From contig OZ240245.1 of the NCBI GenBank assembly GCA_965198175.1, positions 3,808,001-3,872,000 of the forward strand: 64,000 bases of DNA, given 5' to 3'. The translations under genes were made by a program, and so were the position numbers. A model generated the notes under the pieces. That model saw only the letters and a list, made by a program, of their open reading frames with translations. It did not search any database and was not told the origin of the DNA. The stretch comes from Candidatus Poribacteria bacterium (GTDB lineage Bacteria; Poribacteria; WGA-4E; PCPOR2b). Of this stretch, positions 59,898-64,000 are shown in pieces (position 1 is the first letter of the stretch; each line of letters begins with the position of its first letter).

Positions 59898-60647
59898 GTG
59901 AGCGATCGAAATATCAAACTCACGATTGAATACGACGGTACACACTATCACGGCTGGCAGATTCAGCCGAATGCCATCACCGTTCAGGAAGTCATCCAGA
60001 ACGCGCTCACGAAAATCACACAAGCCAAGACGCAAATTTTCGGTGCAGGTCGAACAGACAGCGGCGTACACGCCGCTGGTCAAGTTGCTAATTTTCATAC
60101 GCACGCCCAGATGTCCGCAATCGCCTTCCAGAAAGCACTTAACGCTCTACTTCCGAGTGATATCGCTATCATTCATGCAGAAGAAGCCTCTCCCGATTTT
60201 CACGCACGCTTCAGCGCGACGAGTCGAACCTATCAATACACCCTCCTCAATCGGATGTATCCCTCCGCCTTCTTACGAAATAGGGTCTATTTCCTGCCTA
60301 ATCCAGTGATTAACGTGCACTCGGCAAACGCGGTCTGCCGGGCGTTAGTCGGCAAACGGGATTGTTCTTCATTCCGACGTACAGGCGGGGATCGTGTAAG
60401 TCCGGTATGTGACATTTGCGAATCCCGCTGTTGGAAAGAAGGAGATCTTGTCCACTTCGAGATTGAGGCAGATGCGTTTCTGCGGGGAATGGTCCGTGCG
60501 ATTGTCGGTACGATTTTGAGACTCCATGACAGAGTGTCGCCAGTCGATCATTTCCACAAGATTCTTGAGGCGCGTGACAGATCGGCGGCGGGACCTTCTG
60601 CACCCGCGCACGGTTTGTCCCTTACTCGAGTGAAATATGACCTGTGA
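59898..60647 (+). CDS. truA: tRNA pseudouridine(38-40) synthase
   Basis: YDGTHYHGWQ, GRTDSGVHA, FHARFSA, FLRGMVR, APAHGL. Confidence 0.96.
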   Translation: MSDRNIKLTIEYDGTHYHGWQIQPNAITVQEVIQNALTKITQAKTQIFGAGRTDSGVHAAGQVANFHTHAQMSAIAFQKALNALLPSDIAIIHAEEASPDFHARFSATSRTYQYTLLNRMYPSAFLRNRVYFLPNPVINVHSANAVCRALVGKRDCSSFRRTGGDRVSPVCDICESRCWKEGDLVHFEIEADAFLRGMVRAIVGTILRLHDRVSPVDHFHKILEARDRSAAGPSAPAHGLSLTRVKYDL

Positions 60648-60908
60648 AGCGAAATGCGTAAAACGTGAAATTAAATTGCTAAACAATCCCACCAATGTAG
60701 AAGCTGCCCGATCTACCAATCGCCACCAGACTACCTTTTCATCTCCCTATCAAGGGACGAAGATACAACCCCCCAATCTAGTTAGTAAAGAAAGCTGATA
60801 GTACAAACGTCCGCAGGCTCACAGACCATTCTGCATTTGACTACCACCCGCCTTGTCCCTAATCGTCTCAGGACTTCCTTTCAATTTTACCGAGGGAGTA
60901 AGCTCAAT

Positions 60909-61056
60909 TGCATGAAACTGCACCAAATTGTTCACAAGAATGGCAATTTTGCACTATTTGGGGCAGTTACGGAAGTTGTGAACGAAGAGCTGAATAGTCT
61001 GGCAGGCGCTCTCACACTGCATTTTCTAATTGGAACGCTCTGGCACACAAATTGCG
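60909..61056 (+). promoter_or_regulatory. Sigma54 promoter with paired NtrC-like activator sites
   Basis: TGGCAC-ACAAA-TTGCG (61041-61056); TGCACCAAATTGTTCA (60919) and TGCACTATTTGGGGCA (60950), 31 bp apart. Confidence 0.75.
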
Positions 61057-61117
61057 TGTTTCGTACTTGAACTTTAGAAAAGTCGGATTGAGATTTTCGG
61101 AAAGGTGATTACTATTC

Positions 61118-61930
61118 ATGGAGTTATCCACGATTTCGATTGGATTGCGCCGTGTTAGCAGGCTGATTATTGGCGGCAATCCTTATAGCGGGATTTCACA
61201 CCATTCCTCGGCGAAATCGAAAGAACTGGAGAATTTCTATACTGCCGCTCAGATCATGGCAGACCTACGGGAGGCAGAGCGATGTGGGATTAACACTGTA
61301 CTTGCGCGTGCAGATCGACATATCATGCGGGTTTTGAATGAGTACCGTGGCACCGGCGGAAAGATTCAGTGGATTGCGCAGACAGCGAAGAGAAACGAAT
61401 ATGCGGAACTCATAGATCACATTCGTCTGATTGCTCGTTACCAACCGATTGCCATCTACCAGCACGGAGGAACGACCGATCAGCTCTATGATGAAGGAAA
61501 GCTCGATTCGCTACGAGACGCTTTGACGTTGATTCGAGATTTGGGCTTCGTCGCCGGCATCGGAACCCATGACCCACAGATACTAAAATATTGTTACCAC
61601 GAAGGATTCGATGTCAATTTCTACGTTTGCGCACTGTACAACCACACACGCCATCCTGAGATGTATCTGCCCGCCGATGGAGATGTTGCGCTTGAAGCGA
61701 TTCAGGCGGTACATCTGCCGGTGATTGCCATCAAAGTGCTCGCTGCGGGGCGCATCGAACCGGTTTCTGCGTTCCGCTTTGCCCTCGACCGCATTAAGCC
61801 GATTGATGCCATAGCGGTTGGTATGGATACGAAGGGGCGTCCGGCGCTCATCAGCGAAAATGCAATATTGGTCAGCGATATGATTAATCGTATCCATGCA
61901 GCAAAGACAGATGAAAGGAGCGCATTGTGA
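61118..61930 (+). CDS. Aldo/keto reductase-like protein
   Basis: VSRLIIGGNP, GIGTH, IAIKVLAAGR, AVGM. Confidence 0.65.
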   Translation: MELSTISIGLRRVSRLIIGGNPYSGISHHSSAKSKELENFYTAAQIMADLREAERCGINTVLARADRHIMRVLNEYRGTGGKIQWIAQTAKRNEYAELIDHIRLIARYQPIAIYQHGGTTDQLYDEGKLDSLRDALTLIRDLGFVAGIGTHDPQILKYCYHEGFDVNFYVCALYNHTRHPEMYLPADGDVALEAIQAVHLPVIAIKVLAAGRIEPVSAFRFALDRIKPIDAIAVGMDTKGRPALISENAILVSDMINRIHAAKTDERSAL

Positions 61931-62553
61931 CACATTGTTTACCACGCATTTTTTGTTTGTGGATGTGTTTGATATGGAGTGGCTGCGGCATTATCATGCC
62001 GCAATCGAACTTCATCTGGAGTGAGAATTATGCACTGGACAAAAATGGCGGACGTTGTTCAATCCCTGAAGTGAACGACGGAAATTTGCAAACGTCTGGG
62101 CGACTGGGAGTAAAAGCTGTGGGAATACTCAATCCGCCTAAGGGAAGGAAAAATCAACCTCAACCTCCTCCTCAGTCAAGAAGATTTGGTAGCAGGGGCA
62201 GAAACTACTCATTCACACAAGGCAAGATTCACTCACAAGTCGATGTCGAATTCCGCCAAAAACTATCGATTAACAAAATTGTCATCCATGCAACCAATCT
62301 CTACAAATTGGAGGTGTATTGGCGGGATGATGAGGCTGAGTGGCTGCTATTGAGTTCCGTTGGTCAAAATCCAAAAAGTCCCGTTGTTGTCATTGCGCAC
62401 GCTGTTACCGATGCTATTCTAATTAAGGTGAAGCCAATGGTGCCTATCCGGTCCAGGCAGCGACTGCAGCATTCCCCAGAATTTGCGATTGAAGTGCAAG
62501 CACAAATAGCAGAGATTGAAGTTTACGGGAAGATGCCCAAAAATGCGAGTTGA
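61927..62553 (+). CDS. Putative lipoprotein with discoidin-like domain
   Basis: Leader ending WSG-C, NYAL..NG, NDGN, VEF....INKIVIH, IAEIEVYG; overlaps the upstream stop. Confidence 0.65.
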   Translation: MTHCLPRIFCLWMCLIWSGCGIIMPQSNFIWSENYALDKNGGRCSIPEVNDGNLQTSGRLGVKAVGILNPPKGRKNQPQPPPQSRRFGSRGRNYSFTQGKIHSQVDVEFRQKLSINKIVIHATNLYKLEVYWRDDEAEWLLLSSVGQNPKSPVVVIAHAVTDAILIKVKPMVPIRSRQRLQHSPEFAIEVQAQIAEIEVYGKMPKNAS

Positions 62554-62729
62554 TAAGGGGAACAATTTATGTGAACTGGCTTGCACCTTGTAGAAGCGTC
62601 GCATAAGCATTCTGTCACCGTCATGGATTGGCAACCCTTGAAAAACGTGCGGTGGAGCCGATCCTCTCCTGCTCTGATTCTTTAGGCTGTACCCCGATAC
62701 TGGGCAACTCAGAAAGGAGAATGAATCCC

Positions 62730-64000
62730 ATGAAAAGAACACTGTTGCTAGGGTTTTGCCTCTTGTTCGTTTTTGTTCTATGTCTACAGCATACCTTCGC
62801 TCAAGATTACAAGCGATGGGGTTTACCCGAAGGTGTCAAAATGCGTCTCGGCAAAGGTCGGATAAGCGAGATAAAATATTCACAGGATGGCACTCGGCTA
62901 GCGGTCGCCAGCTCCATCGGAATCTGGCTCTATGACACGGCGACCTTTCAAGCGGTTACCCTACTCACAGGGCATACGAATTGGGTCAATACCGTCGCAT
63001 TCAGCCCGGATGGAGAGACGCTAGCAAGTGGGAGCAGCGATGGCACCGTGCGTCTGTGGAACAGCGTGACGGGCCACCTCATACGAACACTTGCCGGGCA
63101 TAAAAGGTGGGCGGTCCACTGTGTCGCATTCAGCCCCGATGGGGAAGCGATTGCCAGCGGAAGTTGGCAACAGATTCGTCTGTGGGATGTCAGCACCGGC
63201 GTTCACAAACGGACACTGAGCGGGCTTCAGTATCAGGTTTATAGCCTCGCGTTCAGCTTGGATGGCCGGACGCTCGCTAGTGGGGGCGCCGGCGATATGT
63301 TCATCCATCTCTGGAATGTCGTGACAGGTGAACGAAAAAGTGCACTCACCGGCCACACGGACGAGGTCACGAGCGTCGCATTCAGTCCAGACGGTCAGAC
63401 GCTCGCCACTGGGAGCAGGGACAAAACAATCCGTCTCTGGGATGCTAACACCGGTGAACACAAAGGGACACTCACCGGCCACAAGCGTGAGATTACGAGT
63501 GTCGCCTTTAGCCCGGAAGGTCGGATGCTCGCCACTGGGAGCAGGGACAAAACAATCCGTCTCTGGGATGCCAACACCGGTGAACACATACGGGTACTCG
63601 TAGGACATACGTCCTCGGTCGTGAGTATTGCGTTCAGCCCGAATGGGGAAACGTTTGTCACTGGGAGCAGTGATGGCACCGTACGCCTCTGGAGTGCCGA
63701 CACCGGTGAACATATGCGGGTGACCACCGGATATGCGGGATGGCCCACTAGCATCACGTTTTACCAAAATGGAACGATGCTAGCAAGTGGAAATTATGAC
63801 AAGACCATCCGTCTGTGGGATGTCGACACAGGCGATCTCATACGCACACTCACCGGGCATACGGGTTCGGTCCTCAGCGTTGCCCTAAGTCCAGACGGAG
63901 GGATACTCGCAAGTGGGGGTAGCGACAGTACTGTGCGCCTGTGGGACCCCGACACGGGTGACCTCATACGGACACTCACGAGGCAACGACCTCTCACCGG
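62730..64000 (+). CDS. Secreted WD40 protein (>=9 repeats), runs off window
   Basis: SD AAGGAG; MKRTLLLG...TFA|QDYKRWGLPEGVKMRLGKG followed by GH...WD repeats; open to the window end. Confidence 0.92.
   Translation, partial: MKRTLLLGFCLLFVFVLCLQHTFAQDYKRWGLPEGVKMRLGKGRISEIKYSQDGTRLAVASSIGIWLYDTATFQAVTLLTGHTNWVNTVAFSPDGETLASGSSDGTVRLWNSVTGHLIRTLAGHKRWAVHCVAFSPDGEAIASGSWQQIRLWDVSTGVHKRTLSGLQYQVYSLAFSLDGRTLASGGAGDMFIHLWNVVTGERKSALTGHTDEVTSVAFSPDGQTLATGSRDKTIRLWDANTGEHKGTLTGHKREITSVAFSPEGRMLATGSRDKTIRLWDANTGEHIRVLVGHTSSVVSIAFSPNGETFVTGSSDGTVRLWSADTGEHMRVTTGYAGWPTSITFYQNGTMLASGNYDKTIRLWDVDTGDLIRTLTGHTGSVLSVALSPDGGILASGGSDSTVRLWDPDTGDLIRTLTRQRPLT

Overview
Bacterial chromosomal window of moderate GC. 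The repertoire suggests Candidatus Poribacteria (inference, not a database result): secreted WD40 proteins ending in a 'LLQNYPNPFNPETWIPY' FlgD-Ig-like domain, discoidin-like lipoproteins, a PhyH dioxygenase and a BlaI/M56 pair. An intact housekeeping core lies mostly on the minus strand: bioF, an NtrC-type two-component pair, secDF, tRNA-Arg(CCT), apt, tlyA, dxs, xseAB, a YmdB-family gene, pyrE, selD, cutA, pheST with a T-box, rplT-rpmI-infC and glnS; htpX and truA are on plus. It is interleaved with accessory, partly decaying patches: a partial MmeI-like type IIL R-M gene, five paralogous WD40 genes with about 2, 4, 14, 3 and >=9 repeats, a nonsense-split AlbA_2 gene, a 22-aa repeat protein, and a frameshifted ECF sigma module interrupted by an IS701-family element whose empty site can be rebuilt exactly. 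Features the ORF track misses include a selenocysteine codon in selD, an AUU-start infC, several sigma54 (-24/-12) promoters with upstream activator sites, a modular GTAG-type REP/MITE family and two candidate structured RNAs. The most unusual proteins are a BlaR1-like sensor with a catalytically dead trypsin domain plus a CBM-like domain, and a tandem UxaA-family dehydratase whose two halves have lost complementary conserved motifs.
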